A DNA stretch of 64,000 nt from Camelus dromedarius (Eukaryota). The translations under genes and the position numbers were made by a program. Positions 37,996-52,100 of the stretch are shown here, piece after piece (within the stretch, counting starts at the first letter, position 1; every line of letters begins with the position of its first letter). Under the pieces are notes generated by a model that did not search any database, was not told the DNA's origin, and was given only the letters and a program-made list of their open reading frames with translations. The stretch spans positions 55,864,001-55,928,000 of the forward strand of contig NC_087437.1 of assembly GCF_036321535.1 (NCBI RefSeq), read 5' to 3'.

Positions 37996-39244
37996 ATGAC
38001 TGAAAAATCATCATTCAAGTATCATTAATCTTTAGTTCCTCCTATTTTGCAGGTTTCTGGTTTATATCCTTAGTTTTTCTGCCTTTTTGGAGTGTGGTCT
38101 GTCCCATTAAACTAACTGCTTTAGGTTGATTTTATGTAACAAGCTAGCCTGGTTTGCTAGAATGAAAATTGCATACCATTGGAAATTAATATTTTGATGT
38201 ATTCCATTTCACACAAAATTCCTCCATTTATACACTTCTGATGGCTCTTCACTGACTGCAGATTGAAGTTCAGTCCTTAGCTGAGTGTATCACTGCTTCT
38301 CTTCCTGGAGTGGGCAGACATCCCCAACGTGCCTTAGCTAACCACCTTCTTACACAAGGGAATCACCTACCATAATACAGCTCTTCTCCGCTGTCTCTCA
38401 AAGACAGCATGCACAGTTGCACTGTGCATCATTGTTTGTTTTTTTTTTCTTTGCCTACATGTTATGTTTCTCTCGAGGCCGAGTTTTGGTCCCACCTCTG
38501 TGTGGGACTTCCCTGACAATGAAATCTTCACTGGTTATTCCTCATTCTGAACTGCTTCTGCAGTTGATCATATGCTAAGTGTACTGATCTTTTACACTTA
38601 GATTTTGACTGATAAAGAACACGTTGATCCCTCCAGGCCATCTACAAACTTATCGGAGGTTGGGATGACATCTTACCTGTCTTTGTACTCCAGGCACTCT
38701 GCTTATTGCACTTGACTTTCCCATCAAACTCATCCTTCTTCAGTCCTGCTAAATTCACACGTCTGTCTGCCCCCAGTACTCCTACTTTTATCCTTTTTTT
38801 TGTTCACTTTTGTATCATGTATGAATGTCAGTTGACAAACTGGAATGTGCAATAAATTTATTTATCTTTATTTTTATGAAAACTTAATTTCTATTTCAAG
38901 CTCTGCTTTTGCCACAGCAAAAGAAGTCTCAGTCAGTTCAGGCTTTTTCCTTTCTTTACCTGAAGTTTAGTTTCAGTTGTATTCAGTGGGGAGGGAGGCT
39001 CAAGTACATTCAGTCGTTGGCCCACCCACATATCCACTAAGAATTCCATGATCCCATCTGGTTCTTAGATGGGGTGTCATTTCTGAGAGGTTGCTTTCTG
39101 CCCTGCCAATTCCCACCCCAGGCCTGCAGCTCTCTCCTTGCCAGGCTTAGAAGCGTGGTAATTTCTCTGATGCTGTTTAGGATTCCAGCTGCCTAGACAC
39201 ACACACAAAGTCCATACTGAAATCTTATGCAGAGCTCTGTTCTT

Positions 39245-39580
39245 TTTTTTTAAGTTGAAGTATAGTCAGTTTACAATATTGTGTCAATTTCTGGTGTACA
39301 GCATAATGTTTCAGTCATACGTATACATACATATATTCCTTTTCATATTCTTTTTCATTACAGGTTACTACAAGATAGTGAATACAGTTCCCTGTGCTCT
39401 ACAGTAGGACCTTGTTGTTTATCTATTTTTTATATGGTAGTTAGTATCTGCAAATCTCGAACTCCCAATTTATCACTTCCCACTCCCTTTTCCCCCAGCT
39501 AACCATGTTTGTTTCCTATGTCTGGGAGTCTGTTTCTGTTTTGTAAATAAGTTCATTGGTGTCTTTTGTTTAGATCCTAC
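39245..39580 (-). mobile_element. Cetartiodactyl-type L1 3' end with 15 bp TSD
   Basis: Same family as 36550, in reverse; TSD CAGAGCTCTGTTCTT (39230-39244) / CAGGGCTCTGTTCTT (39581-39595). Confidence 0.9.
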
Positions 39581-41701
39581 CAGGGCTCTGTTCTTATAGC
39601 AGGAAACATGGCTATTCTCTCCAGTGCCCACCAATGCCTACATTCTCGTCTCTTTCATATCATTAGATGCAGTGGTCAAGGAAGGTCTCTCAGGGAAGGA
39701 CAATTGAAAAGATACCTGAGTAAGTTGAAGGGGTGAGTCACGAAAAGATCCAGGAAGAGGCCATAGTAAGAGCAAAGGTCCTGGATGAGAATATATTCTT
39801 CCTCTCTGTGAGGAAAAACTTCTTTGATCTGGAGGAAGCCAAGTCCCATCTTCTTTCTAATGTTGTTGTCTCTGCCTGAATTCTCTAAGTTACCCTTAGC
39901 GATATATAAATAACTGAAATCGAGGAAAACACTAGCAGATCATTTTCTAATTCTACCTTTAAACTTCTCTATCTTAAGGCAACAGAACAACTTTGTATTG
40001 ATTAAGCAGGTATGTGGACGTTAATAAATTGCCAGGAAAAATAATGATCGTGGGTATCAAATGTTATCCTATCATAATTATTTTAAAGAAGCACAAACTT
40101 CTTTTCCACCTAATTCATCAGCTAGGGTGACGATTTAGAATCTTTCCTCTTACCCATCCATTGGTCTTTTTGTACATGAAACCAATACCAAAGATAACTT
40201 CTTGGCCTAAAATTGGGTCCAATAATAACCAGACTCAGAAGATTCTGCTTAGAAAAAAAATAGAATGGATAAACAAAATAAAAATATTTAAAGTAGATAG
40301 GGGTAAACTATACACAAAGAAGAGACAATTCTAGATGTTCAGAAGAAGAAATCAATTCCACTAATTAGTCTCTTATCTTCCATAAGGTTCACCCAACTGA
40401 CTACATATATGAGATATTCAGTGGGCCTCTGTGGTTAAGGATGATAATGATCATGATCTCTAACTGAAGATCAACTATAATTTTCTTTATTTTCTTAAAA
40501 CAGTAATTTGATGTTTTGTAATAGAGAGCATTTCGTCTTTCCAAAAGCCCATCGTATATAGTTATGCAGTGAACATGGGCACAACATGTAGAGTTGTGAC
40601 CTTTACTATAGATAACATACGCTTGTATATGTGTGATGAGGACTGTAGAGAGCTGGGGAAAAAAGTGTTTTGTTCTAACAAAACCAGCATGCAAAGACAA
40701 CTTCCCAAAAGAAAGAAGTAAAGAGTTTTGAGAAAAGGGCAGAATTTTACAATTTACACAGTTGTCATATGGGTTACAGGTCCCTCTTAGTCCTAAACAT
40801 CAAAAACTCTCTAATTTGCTCCTTACAGGTTTGCTTTAAAAAAAAAAAAAAAAACGCACCTGAACCCTTGATTTCATTCACGCCAGCAGGCTTTGGGAAT
40901 ACACCAAGGACCACCATTTAGTTAAAAAACAACAACAGACAGCAGAGACCTCTGTAAGTAAGATTATAGAAACGTAACAGACCTAGTCATCATCTCAGAA
41001 AGCTCAGTCTCATTTATGAAATAACACAAAGACGAACAGTTGGGGTACAACGTGATGAACGGTATTAACGAGTATGAAGTGTTGAGGAAGCACTAAGAAA
41101 GAAATAAGTTAACTCTGCCGTAGGGGGTAGGAGAAAGCTTCAGTGAGGAAGTCACATTTGACCTGAATATTGTGGAATTAGTGGGGACTTCCCAGGTAGA
41201 AAAGGGAGGGGATGCTTCCCAGAAAAAGGAAACAGCACATACCTGTTTCAGGGAAGTGAATGATTCTGCTACAAAATATTACTGAGGTTGGACCTCAGGG
41301 TACAAGGGGTGTGGAGAAGAGTGATGAAAGATGAATCTGGTAAAGCTGGTTGAAGGCTGCTAAGATCACGGAGGGCCCTGTCTGCCAGATCTTTGAATTT
41401 ATGTAAATATGGAGCAAAGAATTGCAACCCTGTGAAAAAGAAACTTCAGAAGCTGTTGCAAAGGGTGAGGCACTTTAGAAGCTGAGTTTTAGAAATGTCT
41501 GGCAGTAACCTTGAGATGGACTGAAGGGAAGCAAAGGACTACTGAGGTTTACTAGTACAGGTAGGAGAAGGACAAACCTAACTTCAGGAGCCGCTTAGGA
41601 ACCTCTGGCATTGCAGGACATGATGGAAAAGGCCTAATTGTCTTAAGAACAAGAATCTGACTCTGATACTTATTCTATTCCCAGCACCAAGCAGCTCATG
41701 G

Positions 41702-42240
41702 TGTTGTAAAGGAGAGCAAATCTGATTCCACATTAGATCTGTCCATTTAGCTCTAACCCTGTGCTCTGTTTCCAGTGCTTAGGCATGCTGGTTCTGCACC
41801 ATTTATAAAAGATTGTTGCCTATAGTCTGAAATATACAGGATAGCCTATTCTCAAGGGTCCCACCTTTAAGGGTGTAACACTTTCCCGTTCACATGAAGG
41901 TAACAAGTTGCAGAATAGAAAATAACATTTGTCTCACTGGAGGTTTACAGGGACATCATGACCTGACCTACATGGACAGCTGCAAGAACAAAGGATTACA
42001 TGAACAAGAACAAAGGATTCTTGCAAATCAAGGAGTTTGCAACAACCAACCACACACTCTCCCCCTTATAAAAGGAACCTGAATTCTGACTTGGGTAAAA
42101 TGGCTCTCTAGGACTTAGTCCTCCATCTCCTTGGTCGGCTTGGCTTTCTGAATAAAGCTGTTATTCCTTGTTCCAACACCTCATCCCCTGATTTCCTGGC
42201 TTATCACATGGTGAGCAGAACAAGTTTGGACCCTGTAATA
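41702..42240 (+). mobile_element. Solo ERV1-class LTR (~539 bp)
   Basis: TGTTGTA...TGTAATA termini (CA decayed to TA), 4 bp TSD ATGG (41698-41701 / 42241-42244), TATAAAA 42067-42073 and AATAAA 42151-42156. Confidence 0.85.
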
Positions 42241-42854
42241 ATGGTACTAATTCCCTGTGGGCCATCTACTCCTGAGGTCCACAAAGAGTATAGGTATTTA
42301 TTTGCAATCTCTTTATTATTTATTCTCACAGAATTTTGCTTCTTTTTTAAGAGCAGTTTCCTTATATTTGGAATTATTCTTTCATATGTGTGATTATTTG
42401 ACAATTGTCTGATGATCCTCACTAGACTCTGATCTCTGAAAGACCAGGAGTTGTGCCTGCATTTTGCTCATCACTGTCTCTGGAGGCTAACAGAGAACCT
42501 GACATATAGTGGGTGCTCAACAAATGTTTGTTGAAAAATGTTGACTGATACATTGAGAAACAGTGGAGGTGATGGCATTCTGCTTGGGAAAATGTTTTGT
42601 TTTTCTTGTTTTTCAAAATGGCAAACAAAATTTTCAATCTGTTATTTAATTACTACTTAATTTATTTTTTTGGCCATTTATATCAAATTTTATCTCCAAC
42701 ACTACATGTGAACACTAACTCTGTAAGTTAAATTCCAGATGTGAAATTCACTTGAAATAGGAACCAAATTTGACCAAATTATTTTATTTTCTGGACTTTA
42801 AATTCCCAAAATAAAATAATATCAACTGCATAGCCTGGCTCTATTAGTATTTCC

Positions 42855-42866
42855 TATCTCTCTCTT

Positions 42867-42911
<45 letters not shown>

Positions 42912-43010
42912 CTCTCTCTTTCTTTCTTTCTTTCTCTCTTTCTTTCTTTTCTTTTTCTTTCTTTCTGCCTTTTCTTTCTCCCTTTCTTTCTCCCTTTCTC
43001 TCTCTCTCTT
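42855..43010. repeat. (TTTC)n/(TC)n polypyrimidine microsatellite
   Basis: Direct reading; ~155 bp almost purely C/T. Confidence 0.92.
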
Positions 43011-44179
43011 TTAAAATATTTTTTTCTTCCATAACCACAGAGGACTTTTTTAACCTAAGGCAAATAATTTTGCAAACATGACTTTAAATGTGATGAGGTT
43101 CCATTAAGAAACTCCATGCATGTCCTAATTCTAACAAGCATGCACATAAAGAGACAGTCAAAGCACTTCATTAAAGCCCGAAAGATTAAGGCAAAAGATT
43201 ACACAATAAAACCACCCACATTCAGTTTTGCAAATTTAACAGTCAGCCTGAATCACCGCCCTAGAGCAGCCTGCATTCTGTTCCAACTTGAGGCTTTAGC
43301 TTACCATTCAAGACCCAAGAAAATAAAATATTAGTATTGGTGACCAAAAAGGCAGGTGTATTTCTCTTTCCTTGGTTACTCTTAGCCCTGGAGGCAGCAA
43401 CTGTTTCTCGTTTTTCACTTAGTAAACATATCTCTTGGGAGGTAATTAAAGAACCAACACAAATCTTAAGATCACTAAAGAATAACAATTGGTTCTATTT
43501 CTAGCACCAGAATCACTGCCTTAAGAATCTCAAAAACTAGTTTTTAAATCAGCCTTACCCATCCCTGAGTCACTGCCACCACAGTATCCCTCATGTTATT
43601 CATCCCATCCTTTAACCCATTTTTTTCTCTTCTTACCCTTGTGTTCATGTTGTTACCTTCGCCTGAAGTAATGGCTCTCTCCTGTTAATCCTAGTCCTTC
43701 TTCAAATGTCCACTCAAATGCTACCCTCACAATCTCCCTCATCCTTCTAGGCAAACTATAGTATTCCTTTATCTGCATTCCTACAGCACGTGGTTTATGC
43801 ACTGTTGCATAATTTTTCTACTCTCTACTATTCCAGTCATCTGGTTGTCTGTTATTTTTCTGTTATTAGATTGTAAGCCCCTTTAAGTCAGTAACTGTGG
43901 AATTAGTACCCATAGTCCTACTTAGAGCCCAGTTTGTGCCCCAAATAGTGGAGACTGGTGATAATAAATGATGAATGAATGGATTCTAAAAAGTATTTGA
44001 GGCTCTTTACAATAATAGATACAGGTAGAGTAAGATAATTAAGTAACAAATAAAAGAAATATCTGTTATAGAAGAAAGAAAGAGAACTATAAAGCAATGT
44101 CAATGGAGTCACTGTAGTTGAGAATAAAATTAACATTAACCTCCTGGCAAGCAATGAAAAAAGAGAGCTAAAGGACCAC

Positions 44180-46590
44180 ATTACTCACATGACTCAATTA
44201 GAAGTAAGTGGAAATGCAAAATTGACAAGTTCTCAAAAAGACTGAAACTGAATCTCAAAGTTTCACAACCCTTTATAGAAGTGAGATGATCTACCTGTAA
44301 TCTATTTGTGAGTTAAAAGGAAATAAAATACCTTTCAGAAGAAGAAAAAAATACAGAGATGCACACATTTTTATGTATACTGTCAAGCATTCAATCCAAA
44401 ATTACCAATTAGGCCAAGAGGAAGATAAAATGGTGAAGAGGAAAACTAACAAACAAAAAACTATAAATAGCCCAACAGGTGAAACACATATGTATTTTCC
44501 AAAACTGTCAAAAGAAATTAATCCACAGAGTCAGAAAGCTCTATTTAGCTCAGTCAGGGTAAGTACAAACAAAACCACCATTAGACACATCAGGGGACAA
44601 AATACTAAAACAAAAAACAAAAAACAAAAAACCAAAAGCAGAAAGAATATTTTAAAAGGATTCAGAAAAACAGACACATTTCTTACAAGGAATTTCAAGA
44701 CACATTTCCTTTATCAAAAGACTGATAAAATTATTCTTCAAAGGAAATTATGAAACCCATAAGAAAAGAAACTAATATTAAAAAATGAAAAATAAAACTC
44801 ACAGTCTAAAATTATATACCAAGTGAAAATATCTTTCAAAAATAAACATAAAATAGAGACATTTTCAAATATAGTGAGAAAAGTCATTGGAAAACATGTA
44901 CAAAAAAATCTACTAAAGGGTATAATTTGAGCAGAGGGAAAATGATCCTAAACAGAAATGCAAGAAGGAAATTATCTTACAGAAATGTAAATAGGAAACA
45001 GTAATCACTGGAAAAGGTAACTATGTAGGTGAATAGAAATGAACATTGGTAGTATAAAGCAATACTGGTAATATAATGTGGGTTTAAAATATACATATAA
45101 TTAAAACACTTGACCATAATACCAGAATAGGCTGAATGGGGAAAATGGAATTTAATTATCCTTAATTCCTTGCATTTTCTGAGAAATGGACAAAATATTA
45201 GAGTAAACACTACAAAATTCAGGGATTCATATTGCAGTCCCTAAAAGAAAAGAAAAATAGCTTATAATTAATAAGCTAATAACTGGGAAAATGGAATAAT
45301 TGAAAAAATGATTAATCAAAAAGAAGACAACAAAAGAAAAAAATGAGGAACAAATGGGCAAACAAAAAAATGAATAAAAAGATGGTAGATTTAAACTTAA
45401 AAATATCAATGATAAATTTATCTGTAAACAAGCTACATACTTCAGATTTGATAAAAATAAAGATACACATTTAATTTATGAGTCACACTGTAAACATAAA
45501 TAAGTAGAGAGGTTAAAAATAAAGGAGTGGAGAAAAGATATTATCAAACATTAACCAAAATTTACCTAGTGTTACTCTATTAATATAAGGCAAAGTAGGC
45601 TTTAAGGCAAAAAAAAGCATTGTTAGAAATAATAAGAAATAAAAATTGTAACAATTATAAATTTGTCTGTACCTAATAACACAATCTCAATATATAGAGT
45701 AAAATATGACACAACAATAGTCCAGTTGAGAGATTTAAAACTTTCTCTAGAGTAAATGATAGAAAAAGCAGGCAAAAGTCAGTACAAATAGAAAAGATTT
45801 GAACTTTATAGTTAACAAACTTGATCTTAATGTTTCAAAGTATTAAAATAATACAGAATATGTTCACTAGAAAAATATACTACATGTATAGTTACAAAAA
45901 TAGTGTACAAATCTCAAATGTTTGCATATTAACCAATAGACTTTTAAAATAACCCAGGATCAATGAATAAATTATAATGTAAATTACAAAGTATTTTGAA
46001 TAACATACAGAAAAATGTGGCCTATGAAAATGTGCAGTATGCATCTAAAACTGGCATAAAAGAAAAACTTTTGGCTTTATAGGTTTGCACTAGAAAAGAA
46101 GAAAGGTTGTATATTATGATTTACGTTTTTATCCTAGGACATTAGGAAAATAACAGTAAAGGAAACACTAAGGGAACAAAAAGAAGATAAGTTGAGTGCA
46201 AATTAACAACTAAAGCCCAAAAGTACAATAGAGAGTATTAAAAAGCTGAAAAAAATTAATGAAATGGTAAACATTTAAGCCAGACTGATCCAAGAAAATT
46301 AAAAAGTACAAATTACCAGTATTAGGAAGAAAAATGGGACATCATCATTGATACAGATATCAGATAATAAGAGAATGTTAAGAAAAAATTTTGACCAGTA
46401 AATTTGCAAATTAAATGAAATGAACAAACTCATGAGATTACAACTGACCAAAACAGACGTAAAAAGAAAGTAAATCTGAATAGTCCAGTATCTGATTTTT
46501 AAAAAGTAGTTTATAATTTTAAAACAGCTCACAAAAAACTTTACAGGCATAGATGGCTTCAAAAGTAAAATTTCCCAAACATTTGTAAAG
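44180..46590 (+). mobile_element. Old, decayed LINE-1 (ORF1 end, ORF2 endonuclease region up to just before RT); boundaries approximate
   Basis: A-rich sequence with L1 hallmarks: aaattatataccaagtgaaaatatctttcaaaaat (ORF1) and caggcatagatggcttc (PGPDGF region). Confidence 0.7.
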
Positions 46591-49105
46591 GGAAGAGCAT
46601 CACAGAAGGAACAAATGATGGCAAAATAAAATCTTTTCTTTTTCTTTCTCCTAATTGATCTAAAAGATAACTGTTTAACATAAGATAATAACAGCATCTT
46701 GGGTAAACACAGTATATGGATAAGTGAAATGGATGACAGCAATGCCATCAGAAATAGAAGGCAAGAACTGAGAATCCTCTGTTACAAACTATCTGCATTA
46801 CATGTAAGTGGTGCAGTGTTGTTTAGACAGTGGACTTCCATTAACTTGAAATGAATATTGCAGACACTATAGGTTGATCATTAAATAACTTTAAATAAAT
46901 ATAATAGATTTGCTAAGAGCAGTGATAAATGCAATCATATAAAATAATTAACCAGGAAAAACTTTATTTAAATTAAGTTAGAAAAAGAGGGAAAAAAGAA
47001 ACAAAGAATAAGTGCAATAAACAGGAAATGGTTAAAAACATGGTAGATTTCAACCCAACCATATTAATAATCACTTTAAATGTGAATGGTCTAAGCACAT
47101 TGAAGAAGATAAAATGCGAGTGGATAAAAACAAAGAGGATGCAACAGCATGTTGTCTACAAGAAACTCATTTTAAAGACTCAGTTTAAAAGTAAAGATAT
47201 ACTATGCTAACTCTAACCAAAAAAACAAAACTAGAGTAGTTTTATTAATTTCAGACAAAGCAGATGGCAGAACAAGGAAGAACAGAGTTAGAGAACAAAA
47301 AAGAGAGGCCAGAAAAAAGGCCCATACAAATATAGTCAACTGACAAGGGTATAAAGCCAATTCCACAGTGAAAGGATAGCTTTCCCATAAATAGTACTGG
47401 GTATCCATATGCAAAAAAAAAAAAAAAGAAAAAGGAAAAATTAACCTAGATAGAATGTACACCTTTCACAAATCAAGTCAAAATGAATCATAGACCAAAA
47501 TGTGAAATGCAAACCTTTAAAACTTTTGTAAAACAAATAGGAGACACTCCGTGTGGTGCATTTTTAGATACAACACCAAAAGCACAATCCATAAAATAAA
47601 ATTTAAAAAAATGATCAATTGGGCTTTATTAAAATGAAAACTATCTCTTTTGAAGATGATGTTAAGAGAATGAAATACAAGTCACAGATTTGGATAAAAT
47701 GTTTGCAAAACACATGAGTGATAAAGGGCTTATATCCAAAATGTACAAAGATCTCATAAAAATCAGTAAGAAAACAAGAAGGCCAATAGAAATTAGCCAA
47801 TGATCTGAACAGACACCTCCTCAAAGAAGAGATATACATAGTAACCAATCATACAAAAAGATACTCAATATAATTTGTCATTAGAGAATTTCAAATTAAA
47901 ACAATGAGATACCATTACACACCTGTTGGACTGGAATGTGAGGAAAACCTGGCAATACCAATTGCTGGTACAAATGCAGAGAAATACGGAATTTTTATTT
48001 AGTGCTGGTGGAAATACAAAATAGTATATCAGTGTTGGAAGACAGTTTGTTAGAGTCCTTCAAGGCTAAACTTAGTCTTATAACATGATCCAGTGATCGC
48101 ACTCCTAGGTTTACACTTAACTGATTTGAAGAGTTATACCTACACCAATATGTGCACAGAAATGTTTATAGCAGCTATATTCATATTCACCATCCTGGAA
48201 GCAATCAAGGTGTTCTTCAATAGGTAAAAGGATAAACAAATTGTGGCGCATCCATGTAACTGAATACTCTGCAATGATCAAAGTAAATAGGATATCAAGT
48301 CACGAGAAGATACCTAAGAACCTTAAATGTTGATTGCTATGTGAAAGAAGCCAGTCTGAAAAGGCTACATATTATATCATTTCAATTATATGAAATTCTG
48401 GAAAAGGCAAAACTACAGAAAGAATAAAAATATCAATGGTTGCCAAGGGTTCAGGGGAAGAAGATGGTTGAATAGCTGACGCATGATTTTTAGGTCAGTG
48501 AAACCATCATTTACGATAATGTGTAGATACATAACATTAGGCATTCATCAAAACCCATAGAACTTTAGTACAAAACAAGACCCTTAATGTATATCAATTT
48601 AAAAAAAATCTTTTAGGAAGTTTGGGGATCCCAGGAAGGAGTGCAGACTGTGGCAAGGGAATGACTGCATTACAAATATATGTAACAACCTCCCTGGAGG
48701 GTTTGGGGGGAAAGGTGCTGGATAAACTTTAGAAATTACTTGAGTATCTAAAACTAAAAGCAAAACAAATTGCACATAAGCATTATACTCTAGTTAATAA
48801 AATTGTTCCCAATGGGGATAAGGATTATCATTTCTTATAATGCTACATGTATACTGGAACTGAGCAATTAAGTAAATGGATGGTGGATGGTGGAAGCTGG
48901 ATTTCTCACTGTTGGTGTGAGAGTTTACAGACAAGCAGAGTAGGGAGGCTATAATTATCAACGTTGTAATGGATTATATTTGGAGACATCATATGAACTC
49001 AAGTTGAGCTTAAATTATAAATATGGATGGTTACAAGTAAAAATATTTATGTATATTATCTATTCACTGGTTAGTATATTCCCTTGTTCTGTCAGCTGAT
49101 GACAT
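46590..49105 (+). mobile_element. L1MC3-like LINE-1 (internally deleted ORF2 and long 3'UTR) nested in the older L1
   Basis: tcactttaaatgtgaatggtctaa (ORF2 start), caaattaaaacaatgagataccattacac (ORF2 end) and ggggatcccaggaaggagtgcagactgtg (L1MC3-type 3'UTR). Confidence 0.7.
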
Positions 49106-49109
49106 GTAC

Positions 49110-49248
49110 AGCTTCACTGAATGACACAAGTTATCAAGACCAGCACAAAAGAAATAGAAATATGAAGAGACTTGTATCTATTAGAAAAGTTGAAGTTAGG
49201 CTTCACTAGTAAATCCCATCAAATATGTGTGTGTGTGTGTGTGTGTGT

Positions 49249-49297
<49 letters not shown>

Positions 49298-49750
49298 GTA
49301 TATATAGTCCTAAGTAAACTTTTTTCATAAAATAAGTAGAAAGACTTGCCTACTCATTTTATGAAGTCAGCATTACACTGATACCAAAACCAGACTAAAA
49401 AGTTGCAAAATAAAAATTCTGAAAGATGAGTCTTCTTCAGAAACACAGATGCAAAAATTCTTATTAAAATATTAGCAATTTGAAGCAAACAATATATAAA
49501 AATCATGACAAATGAGGTTTTTCCCAGGAATGAAAGATTGAAGACTAGACATTTAATCAATAGAATTCATAATATAAATAGAATAGATGAGGAAAGATTA
49601 TCATTAGATAGATGCAGAGATAGCATTTGACAAAAGTCAATACCCACTCATGATAAAAAAACTCTTCTCAAATTAAGGATAGAAAATAATTTCTTTAACT
49701 TGATGAAGGACATCCAATGGAAATAGAAGGTAACTTCATACTGACTGTTA
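49110..49750 (+). mobile_element. L1 ORF2 RT-region fragment containing a (TG)n(TA)n microsatellite at ~49226-49305
   Basis: tcattttatgaagtcagcattacactgataccaaaaccagac = SFYEVSITLIPKPD; gatgcagagatagcatttgacaaa = DAEIAFDK. Confidence 0.8.
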
Positions 49751-51949
49751 AAGACAGAAACTGACAAAATTGCACTGGTTATAAAAGGGTTTGAATAAAA
49801 CAAGAAAATTTTTTTTTGATTCCTGCTTATGAATTGACACAATTAACTTCTGTTGCAGGTTAAGTTCAAATGAGCACTTTGTTCACTTCAATGGGAATTT
49901 AAATTGGTATAATCTTTCAGGAAATCAGCTCCACAACATGTTCAAGGAGCTTTTAAACCGTCATAGCCTATGGCCTAGAATTTTCAATTTCTAGAATCTA
50001 CTAGAGAATCTTATCAAATACACAGGTAAATATTTATGTATAAGAAAGTTCACTGAATATTTTTTTTCATAGAACCTTATGTTAAACTTGAACTTTAAAA
50101 CGATGGTAATTAAGATTCCTTAACTTTCCTTTTAGAGCACACACTTTACTTCCAAATCTATTTAGGGACACAATAGTTCCCTTCTCCTCCCACAAAGAGA
50201 AAGGAAAGGCATTCAAATATTTTTGTCACCTGTCTTTAAAGTGACAAAGAAACGAGTACCCTATGGTGACAAGAATGGTCTAGGAAGGCTCACAGCTCAT
50301 AGGCAGATGAACAGAAACAAACAAACAAACATAAAAGCTATGCTGTCCTCAAAAAGTTCCAAAGAGGATAATCGTCTATGAAACTGTCCCATTTTGGAGT
50401 AGCTTGATCAAAGTTTTCATCCACTCAGTTCACGATGGCACTGATGTGACAAGTGCTAACCAGAAGCGAACCTTTGGGTTTTCCAGCTGGATGCTCTCTG
50501 TTAAAGATTTGGGTTCCTTTTTCTCTATATGCTCTTGGAATTACTCCACCTCTCTTCTCTAGATTCTAGGCACAATCTCAACAGTGTGGCTTACATTTTT
50601 AACTAATCCTATTCTTTCCATCATCTCAGATTGTTTACAGAGATGCATAGTTTATAAACTAAAAATAACGTCATAATTTTAGAAAACCAAATATTTTTTC
50701 ATACACACACTCATTTTGCAGTATTGATTATTGCTTAATGTGAGGTATAGGCTCAAAAGACCCAGAGAAGATCCTCTAAGGGGTAAAGATTTTTGTTGAG
50801 ATCTCACCCTACAGTAACAATAGCAATAAATACTAACAATAAAAATAGCCATTAAGGAGAGATTGGTCCAACGAACTGTGGTAAGACTATATAATATTTT
50901 TCACCCAAAAGTTATGTTTACAAGCCAAAACTGTGTGAAATTTTCACCATAATTTATAGTAGGTGCTAAAAATATTTGTTGAATTAATTTGTATTTTATA
51001 TATCTTATAATATTGGCATAATACTCTATATATAATTTATATGCTGCTTTTTCCCCATTTATCAAAAACAGCATGTCAAATGTAAAATATTTCATTATAT
51101 GTTAGTAAACAATTTGGGACTAACTATAGTATAATGTATCATGCTGGTCCCAGGATAAAAATATAAATAGTATTTTCCCCAGATTTATTTCATTGTACCA
51201 TTGTATCCTATGATAAATATTATCAAAGGAATTTTCTCTCAGGATTTACACATGTATCTCTATTACAAAAAGAAAATAAAAAGAAGGTGGCCCACTTGGA
51301 AGCAACTCTTTAATTCTCCAAGGCCACCAAAGGAGACTCCACTGGGTCTACTATGAAATGATTATAACTGAATAGAATTAATCAGTTTATAGTGCCCTTT
51401 CATACTGAGCATATAGTTTTAAATTTATAATAACCTTGGTACATTGGCATTGCATGTATTAATCCCATTTTAGAAATGAAAATACTGAGATCAGAGAAGC
51501 TAAGTGACTTAAAGTCACATGGATAATTAATGGTGGTAACATGGCTCAATTCCTCTGATGATAAATTCAATGCTCTTTTTACTACATCTTGTATTAGTTC
51601 ACAATATTGATCTGTAATAAATAGAAAACACCAAGAATGGCTTTGCATAAGAAGCGCAGGGTATCTCTTGACTATCTGTAACCAGTACCTGCATATCAAT
51701 AAGAAGATTTAGTTGGTTTTGCTGGAGTTCTAGTTTTTACCACGTTTGCCTGTTTGATCCTCAGACATACAGAAATTTTAGGACTGTTTCTAATGCCTCA
51801 ACCACCAGAATTTGACTAATGTTCTAGGTTCTTGCATCACAACAGAATTGGTAGAAAAATTAACAGATTGCTAAATTTTATTCTAAATCCCAGTGCAAGG
51901 AATCGAGCTTGACAGTGGGGCAGTGGGCAGCCTTGCTTGAAATTTCAGT

Positions 51950-52100
51950 GGTTCAGTGGTTCTCTAACTTCAGTGGACTTAAGAATCACCTTAGAGAGTG
52001 TTAAAATGAAGATCTCCATATAAGCTCTCTGCCTGAGCATACCAGATTCTCTTAGGTTTGAGTTCAGAATCTGCATTTTAATAAGATCTCTAGGTGGATT
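51950..52100. mobile_element. MER5-like DNA element fragment
   Basis: cagtggttctctaactt...agaatcacc...gaatctgcattttaataagatctctaggtg. Confidence 0.6.

Noticed and set aside
42844..43038. Lys/Glu/Arg-rich ORF, and the HTHT/CVCV ORFs at 8697-9119, 11621-11971 and 59376-59669
   Set aside because: They are translations of microsatellites.
44373..49842. Multiple ORFs in the A-rich 44-50 kb region and at 26.3-27.3 kb and 57 kb
   Set aside because: They are fragments of decayed LINE-1 or their antisense; there is no intact ORF1 or ORF2.
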